In this document: in pieces, positions 1 through 14,159 of the stretch
How the letters are laid out: each line of letters begins with the position of its first letter
Numbering within the stretch: position 1 is the first letter of the stretch
Program-made: the position numbers and the translations under genes
Source of the DNA: the human T2T-CHM13v2.0 reference genome, Homo sapiens
Length of the DNA stretch: 64,000 bases
Reading direction: 5' to 3' (one strand)
NCBI RefSeq assembly: GCF_009914755.1
Contig: NC_060936.1
Notes under the pieces: model-generated
Seen by the model: the letters and a program-made list of their open reading frames with translations, nothing else
Database searches by the model: none
Told to the model about the DNA's origin: nothing

Positions 1-48
1 GGGTGACAGAGTGAGACTCTAGCTCAAAAAAAGAAAAAAAAAAAAAAA
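1..48 (+). mobile_element. Alu 3' end and A-tail (cut by window edge)
   Basis: GGGTGACAGAGTGAGACTCT..CTC followed by poly-A. Confidence 0.9.
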
Positions 49-440
49 GACAAATTTCTTTCTCCATTAGTGAAGTCTCTGACACTTAGATAATGTAGTA
101 CTCAATTATATAATTTGCTTCTTCTCCAAATATTTAATATTAAAATACTGCAGACTCCTTAGAAGGCAGGGTCTTTGTATATTCTTTTTTATTCTTGTAG
201 TCAAGCCTCAGGGACCCACCGTGAAGAAAAGGCCTTGTATTTGTGTAAAAGTGAAATAATTTGTGACTTTCTCCCCAGACACAGACCTTTTGGGCATCTA
301 CAGTGTCATCTCTCTTAAGAGCAGCAGTATCTTTGGAATTATTTTTAGGGCCTTTGGGAAGTTAGTTGGCTTTTCTGTACCTCAGAAATTTTCAATGGGA
401 TAAAATGAATTCTAATTCTCTTCTAAGATGGTTAGCAGAA

Positions 441-1685
441 TTCATTTATTCATATCTTTCACCAACAATTTTCCCTGAGTATCTGTTATATGCCTGGCAT
501 TGTTTTAGAGATTTGAGATGCAACAGTGAACAAATCAGAAAAAAGTTCCTGTCATCCTGGGGTTATGTTCTACAGAGGGAAGGCATAGCAAATGAATAAA
601 TAATATATATGTAATTGTTACAATAATACCAGAGAAGAGGAAATAGCCAGCTGGGAAGGTGGGCATTGCAATTTTCATCTTAAACAGAATGATCAGGGAA
701 TTACTCCCTGGAAAGATGTCCTGTGAAGGCAAAGACCTGAAGGAGAAGTAGCCACCCCTGCAGGTATCCAGCAGAAGATGTTCCAAGAAGGACAGGTTAA
801 AATGCCTTATGCAAGAGTGTGTCTGGCTTATTTGCAGAAGAGCCAAGAATTTGGTGTGGCAGGGCAAAGATTGCAAATAGGAGAGTAATAGGAGAGGTCA
901 AAGGGCTGCTGGGAGGGAGATTTGGAGGAAGATCTGATCTCTTGTAGACCATCAGATGTATTTCCCGGGTGGCTTTCACCTTGGGAAATCATCCAGCCCT
1001 TGAGTGGTTTGGAGGAGAGGAGTCATGTGATCTAAGCTCGAACCAAGTTTGTCAGGTGTCGGGTGAGGATGGGAGCAGGGGGATCCCTTGGGAGGCTGTT
1101 AGAATAGGAAGGAGGACAAGACTTTGGAACAGGGTGACAGTATTGGAAGTGGTCAGATTCTGGATAGATTTTGAAGATCGAGTGGACAGAATTTGTTGAT
1201 GTGTTAGCTATGGGGTGCAAGAGTGGAAAAAGAATTAAGGAGTAATACAAAGATCTTGGCTGAACCGCTAGGAGAATAAGGTTGCCATTTGCTGAGATGG
1301 TGAAGACTGTGGGAGGAGTAGGTATGGGGCGTAGTCAGGTGACTTGGACACATTAAGTTTGAGATGCATCTTTGACTTTAAAGGGGAAGCATAGAATAGG
1401 AAGGCAAGATATCAGGAGAGAGGTCAGAGCTGAGGTATCATTTTTTGGTGTGCATGCATGGGTGTATATTTGGCTATCAATTAGGTAAAGAATATTTGCA
1501 GCCATAGGGCTGCTGGGACCTCCAGCAGAGTGAGTAGATGGAGAAGAGTTTGAAGAGCTAGGTCTGGCCACTCAGTGTTTAGACTCTGGAAGATGAAGTG
1601 TCAGTGCTGAAGTAGCCAGAAAAAGACAGAGAAAACCAAGGAGAGTCTGGTGTCCTCGAAAGCACATGCAAAGAGTGCTGAATGA
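441..1685 (-). mobile_element. L2 LINE 3' portion
   Basis: Starts with the reverse-complement L2 3' end (ttcatttattca..tatgcctggcattgttttag..cagtgaacaa) and continues as purine-rich L2-like sequence; ends approximate. Confidence 0.75.
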
Positions 1686-2039
1686 GGTATTTAGCAAATG
1701 GGTAGAATAATCATACTCTCACAAGCACAGATTCCCATAGAAATGGAGCCAATGGGAGCAGAGAAGAGAGTCTGGGGATATTAATTTTGTATTAGGCAGA
1801 TAGTCTATTAACAGAAACTCTCTCCTATTTAGGTCTGTTATAACTGTTGGCTTAGGTATATTTTTATAACTGATGTAGGTTCTGTTTGGAGCAAAGAATG
1901 AAATCTATAACCTGAACTTCCTAATTCTTTCCCTAAAGGTGGTATTTCTTGTGAGGGAGTGATATAAAGAGCTTGTATCCTTTAGGAACAAATTATTTTC
2001 TGTCTATATAATAGCTTTAGTGTAGTTACAGCCATAAAA

Positions 2040-2486
2040 TATGTCAATTGAGAGAGTGGAAGTGACAAGCAGAACATACCTTACTGAATATCAGAGCTTT
2101 AATATACCCACAATAGCCAGAGGAAGACTGGGACAGGAATGGATAGATGGATGGAACAGAAGAGGAAGCACATACATATACTATAAGTATAAATTTTGCA
2201 TATGATTATGTCATACATTGGAATGTAAAGAAAGTTATTTTTTTAAATGGTGCTGGAAATAGTTAAATAGTTACATGGAGAAATGCCACATATTACGTAC
2301 TATCCTATAAATACAATTGAGTGGATTTGAACATAAACGATAAAACCATAAAACTGAAGAAAATATTGGTGAATGGTTCTATCTGACCATTGGGAAACAG
2401 ATTTATGTGAATGGCACATGAGGCTGATTTTATAAAGTAAAATATTGGTAGACCTGATGATGGAAAAACACGAGAACATCTGTGTA

Positions 2487-2521
<35 letters not shown>

Positions 2522-2768
2522 AGCCTGGAAACATATAAAAGGCAAATGGCTGGGAAACAAGGGAACGTTTGTGACGGACAAAGAGGTAATGTGCTTTGTA
2601 AAGAGCTCTTAGATGAAGGGCCTAAGAGACTTACTAACAAAGGAACTAAAAAGACAATTTGTAAAAGGAATATAAATGGCCATGAGTCATAGGAGGGAAT
2701 TGAGTGTCATTAAAGTCAAATGATTGGGAATAAAAAATGAGAGACAGTTTTCACCCATCAATTGAAAC
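2040..2768 (+). mobile_element. Ancient L1 (L1ME-like) ORF2 3' region, left part
   Basis: gatggaacaga..tttaaatggtgctggaaa..aaaaccataaaact..ttttcacccatca match the decayed L1 ORF2 3' end. Confidence 0.65.
2481..2520. repeat. (TG)n(TA)n microsatellite
   Basis: Directly visible. Confidence 0.95.
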
Positions 2769-2769
2769 T

Positions 2770-5112
2770 GCCCACTGCCCTCCTGTGGCTGTCAGCTGGA
2801 CCGCGGGGGCTGCTGGTCCATGAGGACTTCTGTTCTTGGTCACTGTGACCGACATGATTCCTTGATGATTTCCACACCCACATGCAGGAACCATGCGGTG
2901 CCCTGGCCTCCCAGCTCTTTGACCTTTCCCTTCTCCAGTGAACTTGTTCTCCACCAAGCCCCTGACATCTGCTCCCATCCTGACACCCAGCGTTATTATC
3001 CATAACTACAGCTTCTCTCAAGGGCAGTTTCTAAGATCCCACACTCCGGCCGCTATCTCCTCTCTTTCCATCTCTGACTCCAGCCATCTTTTGGCCTTGG
3101 GGGCCACTCATTGCTGTTTTCACTGCTAGCCTTTCCTGTCCCTCCTTCCTCAGCTTAAACACCAAGGTCGCTCAGTGTCATCCCTCCTTTGCCTCCCTCT
3201 CTTTTGTAATCACTTGCCTGACTACAACCCTGGTTGAAGCCATGTCACTGCATGCATGTGCCCTGGTGATATGGCTGCATAGACAACCACACAGACAGGG
3301 ACTTCCAGTGGGTCCATAATGCTGCCGGGGCACCACCCTCTATTTCCTGAGCCCATTCATTCTTTCTTTCCTTAGATGACTATTTCCTATCTTCTAGCTT
3401 TTCCTCAAACCTCCAACACATCCTCTCATCCTCACTCTCAGCTGTCACCCTTGCTTCCTATCTCACTAACAATGTAGAAACAATGTAGAAACAATCGAGC
3501 TTCCCCCACGATGGGTACCATTGCTCCCCCTTTCCCGCATTGCATCCCATCCTCTTGCACCCAACCAAGCACTTTGCCCCAACAATTCTCCAACCAGTTC
3601 TTCCCGCCTACAGGATTATTTCCATCATCATACAAACATTATTTTATTTCTCCCGTCCTAAAAAAAGAACCGTCTCTCGATCAAATGCCCCTTTCTCTCC
3701 TTCCTTTGCCATCAGAGCTCCTAATAAGATTAGTCTATAATCACTGTCTCCACTTTCTCTCTTGAACCTACTCCAGTCAGGTCTTTGCTCCTCTCATTCC
3801 ACTAAGACTGGTTCTCATGGGCACCAGTGGCCTCCTTATTGCTAATCTAATGGTCAATTCTTAGTCTTCATCTTAATCCTGATCCCTCCAGCCTCCCTGA
3901 GACTTCTCCACTTGGCTTCTGGTTCACCGCATTCTCTTGATTGTTTTCTTGCCTCTCTGTCTGCTCGTCCTCAGTATCCTTTGCTGATTCCTTCTGGCAT
4001 CCAAACCTCTGAACACAGGCGTGCCCACAGCCTTCATCTTTGGACAGATCCTCTTTTCTGTCCATTCTATGTGCTGTTAATTCCTGTGTGCCCTCAGCCT
4101 TGACCTCTCCCTAAGCTTCAGTCCTCTATCCAACTGTCTACTTGGTGTCTCTACTAGGATGTCTTAAACCGTATCTCATATTAATAAGCTCATATCTGAG
4201 GTCTTGATCTCCACCCTCTACCCCTGTTCTGTTTTGTTCCTTTGCCAACTTCTCCAACTTAGTAAATGGCAACTTCATTCTCCAAGCTGCTCAGGTCAAA
4301 AAGCTGGGACTCACCCTGACTCTTTCTTAGCTCTCCCCCATCCCCGAATCAGCAAATCCTGTAGGTGCACGTGCCACCTTCACGTCTCTAGATTTCAATC
4401 TCTTCTCACCATCCCCATCACGTCTATTCCATTGCCACCATCATCTCCATCCTAGATTACGGCACTAGCCTCCTTCGTTCCTTAGCCCACCTCAGCCTGT
4501 TCTGAACACAGCAGCGAGAGGGATCTTGTTAAATTCCAAGTCAAACCCTCCAGTGCTCCCCTTCTCTTCCAGGGAAAGTTGAATTCCACACGGTCCTCCA
4601 TAACACATCTATCTCCTCCTCCCCTTCTGATTTCGGTTACTCCTCTGACATCACTTACACACATTACTCTTCTCCTCTCTGCCTTTCTTCGGCCACACTG
4701 ATTTTGCTTTACCTCGAACTTGCCAACCAGGCTCTCATCTCACACCTTCTCACTTGCCGATCCCTCATGTCTGCAATCTTGTCCTCCAGATATTTGCACG
4801 CCATCTCCCTATTTAGCACTTTACTCATATCTCCCCAGTAAGCCCTTCTCTGCCCACCCCATCTAAAATTCACGCCCCTTTCACCCAACACTTCCAGTTG
4901 TTATTGCTAGATTTATTTTTCTCATTAGCATTTACAATGAACATGCTGCATACTTTACTGATTTCCCTTGTTTACTGACAGCCTCCTGCACAAGAATGGA
5001 AACTCCAGGAAGCAGGAATTCCTTATCTCACTTGCTCATTGCTGTATCTCAGCACCCAGCCCAGAGCCTACCACCTAGTAAATGCCTAATAAGTATTTTT
5101 TTGAGTGACAAG
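2770..5112 (+). mobile_element. L2 LINE, about 2.3 kb
   Basis: Pyrimidine-rich L2 body ending in cattgctgtatctcagcacccagc..tagtaaatgcctaataagtattttttgagtga; left boundary approximate. Confidence 0.8.
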
Positions 5113-5242
5113 ATACTAAATATGATAATTCGCAGCCTTGGCATGAATGTGGCCAAATGGTCACTCTCATCTTTGCTTGGAAGTTTCAATTACTAAAACC
5201 TTTCTAGAGAGCAGTTTGGCAATTTGAATCAAGAACATTTAA

Positions 5243-5519
5243 GGCCAGGTGCGTTGGCTCATTCATGTAATCCCAGCACTTTGAGAGGCCGAGGCGGGCA
5301 GATCACTTGAGCTCAGGAATTTGAGACCAGCCTGGGCAACATGGGAAAACCTGGTCTCTACAAAAAATACAAAAAGTAGCCTGGTGTGGTGGCTCTTATC
5401 TGTAGTTCCAGCTACTCAGGAGGCTAAGGTGGGAGGATTGCTTGAGCCTGGGAGGTCGAGGCTGCAGTGAGCCATGCTCGCGTCACTGCACTCCAGCCTG
5501 GGCGACCCTGTCTCAAAAA

Positions 5520-5522
<3 letters not shown>
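5243..5522 (+). mobile_element. AluJ
   Basis: Full dimer with J-type right arm (GGAGGATTGCTTGAGCCTGGGAGGTCGAGGCTGCAG); tail continues as (TG)n to 5554. Confidence 0.92.
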
Positions 5523-5556
<34 letters not shown>

Positions 5557-5789
5557 ATGAGATGTAGAGACTTACAAAAGGAATGTTCATCAAAGTTGCT
5601 TATAGTAAAGGGGAGTTGGAAACCATATAGTGTCCAACAATAAAGGGCTGCTTAAAAATTATGAATCAGCTATACAAAGGAATATTGTAGAGTCATCAAA
5701 ATTATACTTTTATGCGTAATTTAATGGGAAAATGTGCATTGTCTATTTCACAAAACAAAGATATTAAATTTTGTATAGAATTATCCCAG

Positions 5790-5987
5790 ATATATATGAA
5801 TGTGTGTATATATGTATACATGTGTACATATATATGTATACACATGTACATATATATACACATGTACATATATATGTATACACATGTACATATATACACA
5901 CATGTACATATATGTATATATACACACGTACATATATGTATATTTGTATACACGTACATATATACACACAAATATAGTATATCTATA
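5790..5987. repeat. Complex (TA/CA/TG) alternating purine-pyrimidine repeat
   Basis: Recurrent tacacatgtacatatatat units. Confidence 0.9.
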
Positions 5988-6942
5988 AGAGAGACAGGAA
6001 ATACTGGCTTTCTGTTTGTGATGAAATGCAAATTCCTTATGTATTTTTCCAAAATGTTTAAAATGAGGCTTTTGTAATCAGAAGTATATAAGCCCCCTTC
6101 CCCCAAAGAAAATGATTATTCTACTGCCCGTCTTGGCTGTATTCTTACTTGGGGGCAGGGTGGGTGGCGTGAACAGGGAGAGCTAATCTCTCCTTCTTTC
6201 TGACTCATTCCACAGTCAATCCTTTTTCTTATTATTTTCCAAAGGCATGAGGACCTTCCATGTTCCGAAACCATTGTCCAGAGTATTTCTTCTGGACTAT
6301 TTTCCACTTCCTTCCATCTGACCGGCCAGCTGTTCTGCATTTGTAAAAGCTGGTTTCTGATGTCATCTCTAGGCAGGACCGCTCCCTCCCTCTCCTGCAC
6401 TCCTATACTTCGTGGCATATCCGCCCCAAGATAACACTTGTCACTCTGTTTTCCAAATTCAGTTTCATTCATTTGCTTCACATGTGCACTGAGCCCACTG
6501 ACTTCTTTCCCTGTCTGTTGCCAGCACTGGAGACCAAGCCTGCACGCTTTGGCCCAGACCATCTCATTCACCTTTTAACACAGAATCAGGGTGAGTGGAG
6601 AGTGGGGGAGTGGTGTGGTGGGTCTTTGCCTCTCGCTGTTCAGTGAACTTCATGCCTGTCCTCCTGATCCCCAGCGCTAACACAGGGTCAGGCTCGCGGG
6701 AGTGAACAACCACCATTTATCTCCGGCTTGTTGGGGGAAGCCCTTTCATTTACTTGACAGTTTACCTGTCAATTTTACGTGCGTGGTCATTTTTAATCCT
6801 CTGCACTTTCAGGTAATAGGAAAATAATTTGAATCAAGTTCTTCCTTCACCATTGGCGTAAAATCGGTGATTAAACTTTTAATATTTAACGTCTTAAAAA
6901 AAATTCCCCGGGCTAGCGTCATGCCTAAGTAATGCATGCATC

Positions 6943-6961
6943 TACTTCCCCCTGGTGGACT
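6943..6961 (-). promoter_or_regulatory. Candidate CTCF motif
   Basis: Reverse complement AGTCCACCAGGGGGAAGTA resembles the CTCF core CCACCAGGGGGCGC; motif only. Confidence 0.4.
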
Positions 6962-7293
6962 CATCTTCTAATAGCAGCTTTGTTTTCCCCCCTTTATTAT
7001 TGGCAGGAGTAATCCATCTCTCACTTTCCTTAACACAGATATTCATGGATTGCAGGATTCAGCAGTGTCTTCATAATAGCAGGAAGTTTATGTTCTGGCT
7101 TTGCCACTTACTAGCTGTGTAACTTGGGCAATTTACTTAACTTCTCTGCGTCTCGGTTTCTTAACCTGTAAAATGGAGACAGTATCAATAATAAAATATT
7201 AAAAACGAATACATATCAAGTGCTTACTACATGGCATGTATGAACTCATTAAATTTCTACAAAAATCCTATTACATAAGATTTAAAATGTCCT

Positions 7294-7623
<330 letters not shown>

Positions 7624-7642
7624 CTATAAAATGGGAACAAAT

Positions 7643-7834
7643 AGCCTGAGCAACATGGTGAAACCCCATCTCCAAAAAATACAAAAACATTAGCCAGGCA
7701 TGGTGGCGCACGCCTGTAGTCCCAGCTACTTGGGAGGCTGAGATGGGAGTCCAGGGAGGTCAAGGCTGCAGCGAGCTGTGATCGTGCCACTGCACTCCAG
7801 CCTGCTGGACAGAGTGAGACCCTGTCTCAGGAAA

Positions 7835-7881
<47 letters not shown>

Positions 7882-7887
7882 ATTAAA
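7643..7887 (+). mobile_element. 5'-truncated AluJ with (TAAA)n tail
   Basis: J-type right arm; TSD ATAAAATGG(G/A)AACAAATA (7626-7643 / 7888-7905). Confidence 0.9.
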
Positions 7888-8690
7888 ATAAAATGGAAAC
7901 AAATATTCTTTCCATTTTACAAATAAGAGAATCAAGAACTAGAGAAAAATAGTTCCTACTTCTTAGAGAAGTGTGAGAATCACATGAATTAATGCAGGGA
8001 GGATGGTTAGAGAGGGCCTGGCACATAGCGAGTGTCCCCTAACCTCATCGTCATTGTTAGTGTTACAGGATTGGTTCTGTGATGAAGACATTGCCATGGG
8101 CCATGTGGATCCTTGTTTACACTTGAGCTACTCTCATTTTCAACAGGCATCAATCACTTGCATGACAAAATATACACTATATCAAACAATGAGCTATGCT
8201 TATGTATTCATAGTTTTCTAGACACTTCTTAAGTCAGGGCATAAGTCTTCATTTCTCCAGAGGCTAATGGAAGGTCAGCCCATAGCCCATTTCACTCTTG
8301 AGTGTACTGGGGAGATCCTGGGAGAGGGGAAGGAAGAGTAAATGGGCAGATTGAGTATTTATATTAGGATGCAGCTGTCTAGAGGTAACCAGGGTCCCCA
8401 TATATCTTCCCCACATTTTCCCAGGTCTGAGCATGAGCAGTGGGGATGAGGAACTGCGCTGGCACCCACAGCTATCCATGTAGCTTATTAAGCTGCTCAT
8501 TTCCTCATGCATCTACGCCCTGAGCCCCTAAGTGTCTTGCACTGTTTGAAGTGCTGGCCTCTTGCTCAGCACTTCCATACAAAGTCCATCATGCTGCTGG
8601 ATGCCAACAGAAATGAAAGAATCAGGGACACAGATGAAGACGAGAGCATGACCAATGTGTGGATTTTCTTGTAGACAAATTCTTTACATT

Positions 8691-9045
8691 TGCTATGGTC
8701 TGAATGCTTGTGTGCTCCCCGCCACCCCAATTCATGTGTTGAAATCCTAACCACGAACTCGATGGTATTCAGAGGTGGGGCCTTTGGGAAGTGATTAGGT
8801 CATAGGGATTCAGGCCCTTAGGAAAGAGGCCTGAAGGAGCTTGGTCATCCCTTCTACCAAGTGAGGACACAGCAAGAAGTTGTCCTCTGTGAACCCGGAA
8901 AGGGGCCCTCACCAGACATTGAATCTGCCAGTTCCTTGATCTTGAACTTCTCAGGCTCCAGGACTGTGAGAAATATGTTTTTTTGTTATTTGTAAGCCAC
9001 CCAGTCTATGATACTGTGTTATAGCAGCCTGCAAGGACTAGGACA
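8691..9045 (+). mobile_element. MLT1A-like solo LTR (MaLR)
   Basis: TGCTATGGTCTGAATG..GGACTAGGACA; perfect 5-bp TSD ACATT (8686-8690 / 9046-9050). Confidence 0.9.
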
Positions 9046-9096
9046 ACATTGCATTTAAAAAAATAAAGTATACGTATTGTGTTAAGAAATGCAATA

Positions 9097-9419
9097 GGCT
9101 GGGTGTGGTGGCTCACGCCTGTAATCTCAACACTCTGGGAAGCTGAGGCAGGTGGGTCGCCTAGGAATTTGAGACCAGCCTTGGCAACATGGCGAAAAAT
9201 TAGCCGGGTCTGGTGGTGTGCACCTGTAGTCCTAGCTACCAGGGAGGCTGAAGCGAGAGGATCTTCTGAGTCTGGGAGGTTGAGGCTGCAGTGAGCCAAG
9301 ATTGGACCATTGCACTGCAGCCTGGGGGACAGAGTGAGACCCTCTCTCAAACAAACAAACAAACTCCAAAAAAGCAAAAAAAACAAAAACAAAAACAAAA
9401 AAACCCCCAAACCAATAAA
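9097..9419 (+). mobile_element. AluJ with deleted central linker
   Basis: Dimer lacking about 25 bp at the arm junction; TSD AAGAAATGCAATA (9084-9096 / 9420-9432). Confidence 0.9.
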
Positions 9420-9957
9420 AAGAAATGCAATAGTGTGAATATTTTTGAACTCTCACAACTTGATTAAAAGGCTAATCATGCAAAATAAAATATTGAACTT
9501 CTAACAAATTAAATTTAAATAATCAAGTCCAATATGAATGGAAATTATTGGGGGTGGGAGGGAGTACATTTTGGGGATTGATTATTATTATTTTTTTAAC
9601 AAATAGAGCACTAGAAGCCAGTGCATAGAAAGCCGATGAAATATGAAATAACCTTCTAGGGAATGGCTAGGTCACTGGGTGCTCCATGGAAAGTCGAGCT
9701 TGGTGCGGATTCTAATTTGAAGATGAGTAGTGCAGTGACAGCACAGGCTGCTTCATGGAAAACAGGCAGCTGCCCCCACGTGTCCTTCACCTAAAAGCAC
9801 CAGTTCTCTCTAACATTGATGCTGTGGAGGTGCACACAGGGCACAGTGGAGGTTGTCATGTAATTCATTGCCATTTACCTTTCTGCTGAGCATAGAATGG
9901 AATCTCATCCATGCTCATTTAACTTACTGATGGCATTAGAAGCCCCAGATTTATTTG

Positions 9958-10214
9958 TTTCCTTCTTTCCTTCCTTCCTTCCTTCCTTCCTTCCTTCCTT
10001 CCTTCCTTCCTTCCTTCCTTCCTTCTCTTTTTCTTTTTGCTTCTTTCTTTTTTGTTTCTTTCTTTTTCTTTTTCTTCTTTCTTTCTTTCTCTCTCTCTCT
10101 CTCCCTCCCCTTTCCTTCCTTCCTTCCTTCTTTCCTTCCTTCCTTCCTTTCTCTTCTCTTCTCTTTTTCTCTTTTCTTTTCTTTCCTTCTTTCTTTTTCT
10201 TTCTTTCTGTCTTT
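9958..10214. repeat. (TTCC)n/(TTTC)n polypyrimidine tract (expanded Alu tail)
   Basis: About 250 bp nearly pure pyrimidine, abutting the antisense Alu. Confidence 0.95.
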
Positions 10215-10498
<284 letters not shown>

Positions 10499-10699
10499 TG
10501 AGTTATTTATTGGTTTTGAGAGCAACGCCCAAAGGCCCAAGAAATGATAACTCATTCAGTGAAGGCTTCAACATGAAATGCCAACTTGAAAAAACAGAAA
10601 ACAAGTTGCTTAATTTCTCCTCCACAACTTGAAAAAGAGCAGTGCAAGATGTTGACTTAGAGGAAAATTCATCATGCAAGATTTAGAGGAAAATTCAGC

Positions 10700-10820
10700 A
10701 AACACTTATTGAGCACTTACTATTTAGGCCAGGCCTGTGTTAGATCCTTCCTATATAGTATCTCATTTAATCCTTAAAGCCACAGAGAAATTAAAACTAT
10801 AGAGATTATTATACTATAAC
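10700..10820 (-). mobile_element. MIR fragment
   Basis: aacacttattgagcacttacta..ccaggc..tatctcatttaatcct. Confidence 0.6.
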
Positions 10821-11220
10821 AAGGTTAACCCTCTAGGCAACAGCTTGGGATTTTCCATGTATGCCTGTTTACTGCTAGAGAATTTAATTTGGAGACAAAA
10901 TGATTTTAATGCCCTCGCACCTGTAGGAATACTTTCCTTTCTCTTCCTTCTGTTGGAATGTGAAGAGGCCCAAGAAAATATTACTCTTCCTTGCCAAGTT
11001 CTGAACGAGTTGAGAAATAGGACAAAAGAGTAAGGCAAATGGAAGAGCAAGATGTCACCTTTGTTGCTGATGAAGCTGATTTTTGGAGATTGTGCCTTTT
11101 TTTTCTGTGGGTAAGCAGATTTCCTACTACCGAACCCCAGAGTTAGAAATACCCAGCCACCAGCAGTGTGGGGCCACCCTGGGCCTCTGCACACACAGGA
11201 CTATGCCCGGAAGACCCTCA

Positions 11221-11240
11221 GTGTGTGTGTGTGTGTGTGG
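11221..11240. repeat. (GT)n microsatellite
   Basis: Directly visible. Confidence 0.85.
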
Positions 11241-11339
11241 TGGTAGGGCATGGGGAGGAGAATGTGTATTTCCTGCAGGCAGTCAGCTCCCAAGGAGAAA
11301 GGGAGTAAAGGGGCTGGGCTATCCTGGTGCAATGCCTAC

Positions 11340-11543
11340 TCTCAGCAGAGTTGGCTAGCACCGGCTTGTGCATATCTCAGCTCCAGGTTCAGTGACCTTC
11401 TCAGCTACCTTGTCGGTAGCTTGGTACCGACATTTCAGCCCTGCTGAAATGGGTATCTTTACACTACAGAAGTTATCAAATGCTGCAAATTGAAACTTTT
11501 GCCCCAGAGAACCAATTGTTGAACATTTACCTGCACACCACCG
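11340..11543 (+). mobile_element. MER63A-like hAT-Blackjack DNA transposon
   Basis: ttgtgcatatctc..gttcagtgac..ggtagctt..tttacactacaga..aaatgctgcaaat..gagaaccaattgttgaacatttacctgcacaccac. Confidence 0.7.
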
Positions 11544-11797
11544 GCTGCTCCCAAAATTTCCAACCAGAGATCTTTCTTCTTCCCCAGCAAAAAAGTGAAT
11601 GAGAGGGGTGGAAAAAGGGTGGAGCCGGAGCTGAGAAGAAGAGTTAGCATCACCACGGTCTTCCTCCAGGTGAAGTAGAGTTACATCTTTATTGGTGATT
11701 CTCAAGACCAAGGCCATGAAAATGACCCCTCCAGCTAGGGCTCTGTTCTCTGTTTCCCTTTACAGCAAAGCTCCTCAAAGGGTTGCCTACACTGTCT

Positions 11798-12107
<310 letters not shown>

Positions 12108-12574
12108 CACATTCTGTTTTTAAATGTTTTCTTTGAGTCAGACCATTAATGGGATAAGGGTGATAAAGCCGCTTACCCTACTGGGAAGCACTGGGAAGTT
12201 GCAGGCTCAGGATGCATGCGTGATCCCTTTGTGACAAGGATGCATACTCCTTTTGGAGAAGCATGAAGAAGTGGAGACCATCGTCCTCTGACCACTACCA
12301 CTCATGGTCCTTGAATTCTGCATGCTCATCACACTGTTGAGGACGATGGCTATGGGGTTCCCTAAAGCTTTACCTTCCGGGGACATTTTGTTTCCAGACA
12401 TCCCAGTGATAGTGCAGAGGCTGGATTTACGCACATAAGAACATGCACTGTCAGAGCCTGATCCTCTTTTTTAACTGTATTCTCTTGACTTGAGATCCAA
12501 CCATGCCAGAAAATTCATCCTTAATTTTCATTTCCTTGAGTGTTTGGCTGCCTCAGACCACTCCTGATACTGAT

Positions 12575-13080
12575 TACTGTAACAGGGCTCTTGTTGAAAC
12601 AGCAGAATCCATTTTAACCAATTTTAGCAGAAAAATGCATGTTTGAAAGGATATTAGAAAGTGCAAGAATCTCGGGGGTGAGGGAGAAGGAAGGCAGAGA
12701 GTGTCAGGCTCTGAGGCTATTTCAGCCAGAAGCAAGACCCAACCCATCCCACAGGACCGCCCCAGTGAAGACCCCACTGTTGCTGCTGCTGCCGCTGTGC
12801 TCAGCACAGACCCTGCTTTTCCCACTCATGATTCTGGGATTGCATAGCTGAGGCTCTGCCATCGCACCAATGCCCCACTCCTTCTAGCACCCCTATCCTC
12901 ACTTTGTGTGCTTGGAATACATGCATCTATTTGATGGAGTCTATGTCACATGGCTGCTCCAGCTGCAAGGGTGGCTGCCAGGTGGAGTTTTGGCCCTCTC
13001 CCCTGGAGAGGAGGGAGGGACTCATAATGCCGTACTTTCTCCAGTATAAGAGGGATGGTCCCAACATGACACATGTCCAC
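12575..13080 (-). mobile_element. Old MLT1 (K/L/N-like) LTR
   Basis: cagggctcttgttg..cagaatcc..ttagcagaaaa..tgaaaggatatt and gtcacatggctgctccagctgcaagggtggctg. Confidence 0.5.
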
Positions 13081-13258
13081 TGCCCTTTCCAAATCCCACT
13101 TCTCACCACTTGGCCTTTCCCTCCACAATGCTTCAGTCATTGTGAGTGGCTTGGAGGCTATGCGATTTCTTGTCACCAAACCTTTAAACAATCCTCTCTC
13201 TTTGCCTGGGATGCTCGGCTCACCCCGCTATGGCAGAGGCATCCTCAGGCTCAGCTGA

Positions 13259-13792
<534 letters not shown>

Positions 13793-13807
13793 TAAAAACA
13801 ATGTAGA

Positions 13808-14159
<352 letters not shown>

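Larger units (their letters stand above)
5113..6085 (+). mobile_element. L1ME-like continuation to 3' end (interrupted by Alu and simple repeats)
   Basis: tgataattcgcagccttggcatgaatgtgg..gcagtttggcaat; gaatgttcat..ttggaaac..tgtccaacaata; ends tatttttccaaaatgttta..ttttgtaatcagaa. Confidence 0.65.

Noticed and set aside
5702-6106. Overlapping ORFs of 60-134 aa rich in Y/I/C/V/H/T
   Set aside because: Translations of the (TA/CA/TG) repeat
6116-6571. 151-aa minus-strand ORF
   Set aside because: No recognisable homology; the region looks like decayed L2-type sequence
10643-10697. Repeated TTAGAGGAAAATTCA
   Set aside because: Small local slippage duplication; no evidence of function
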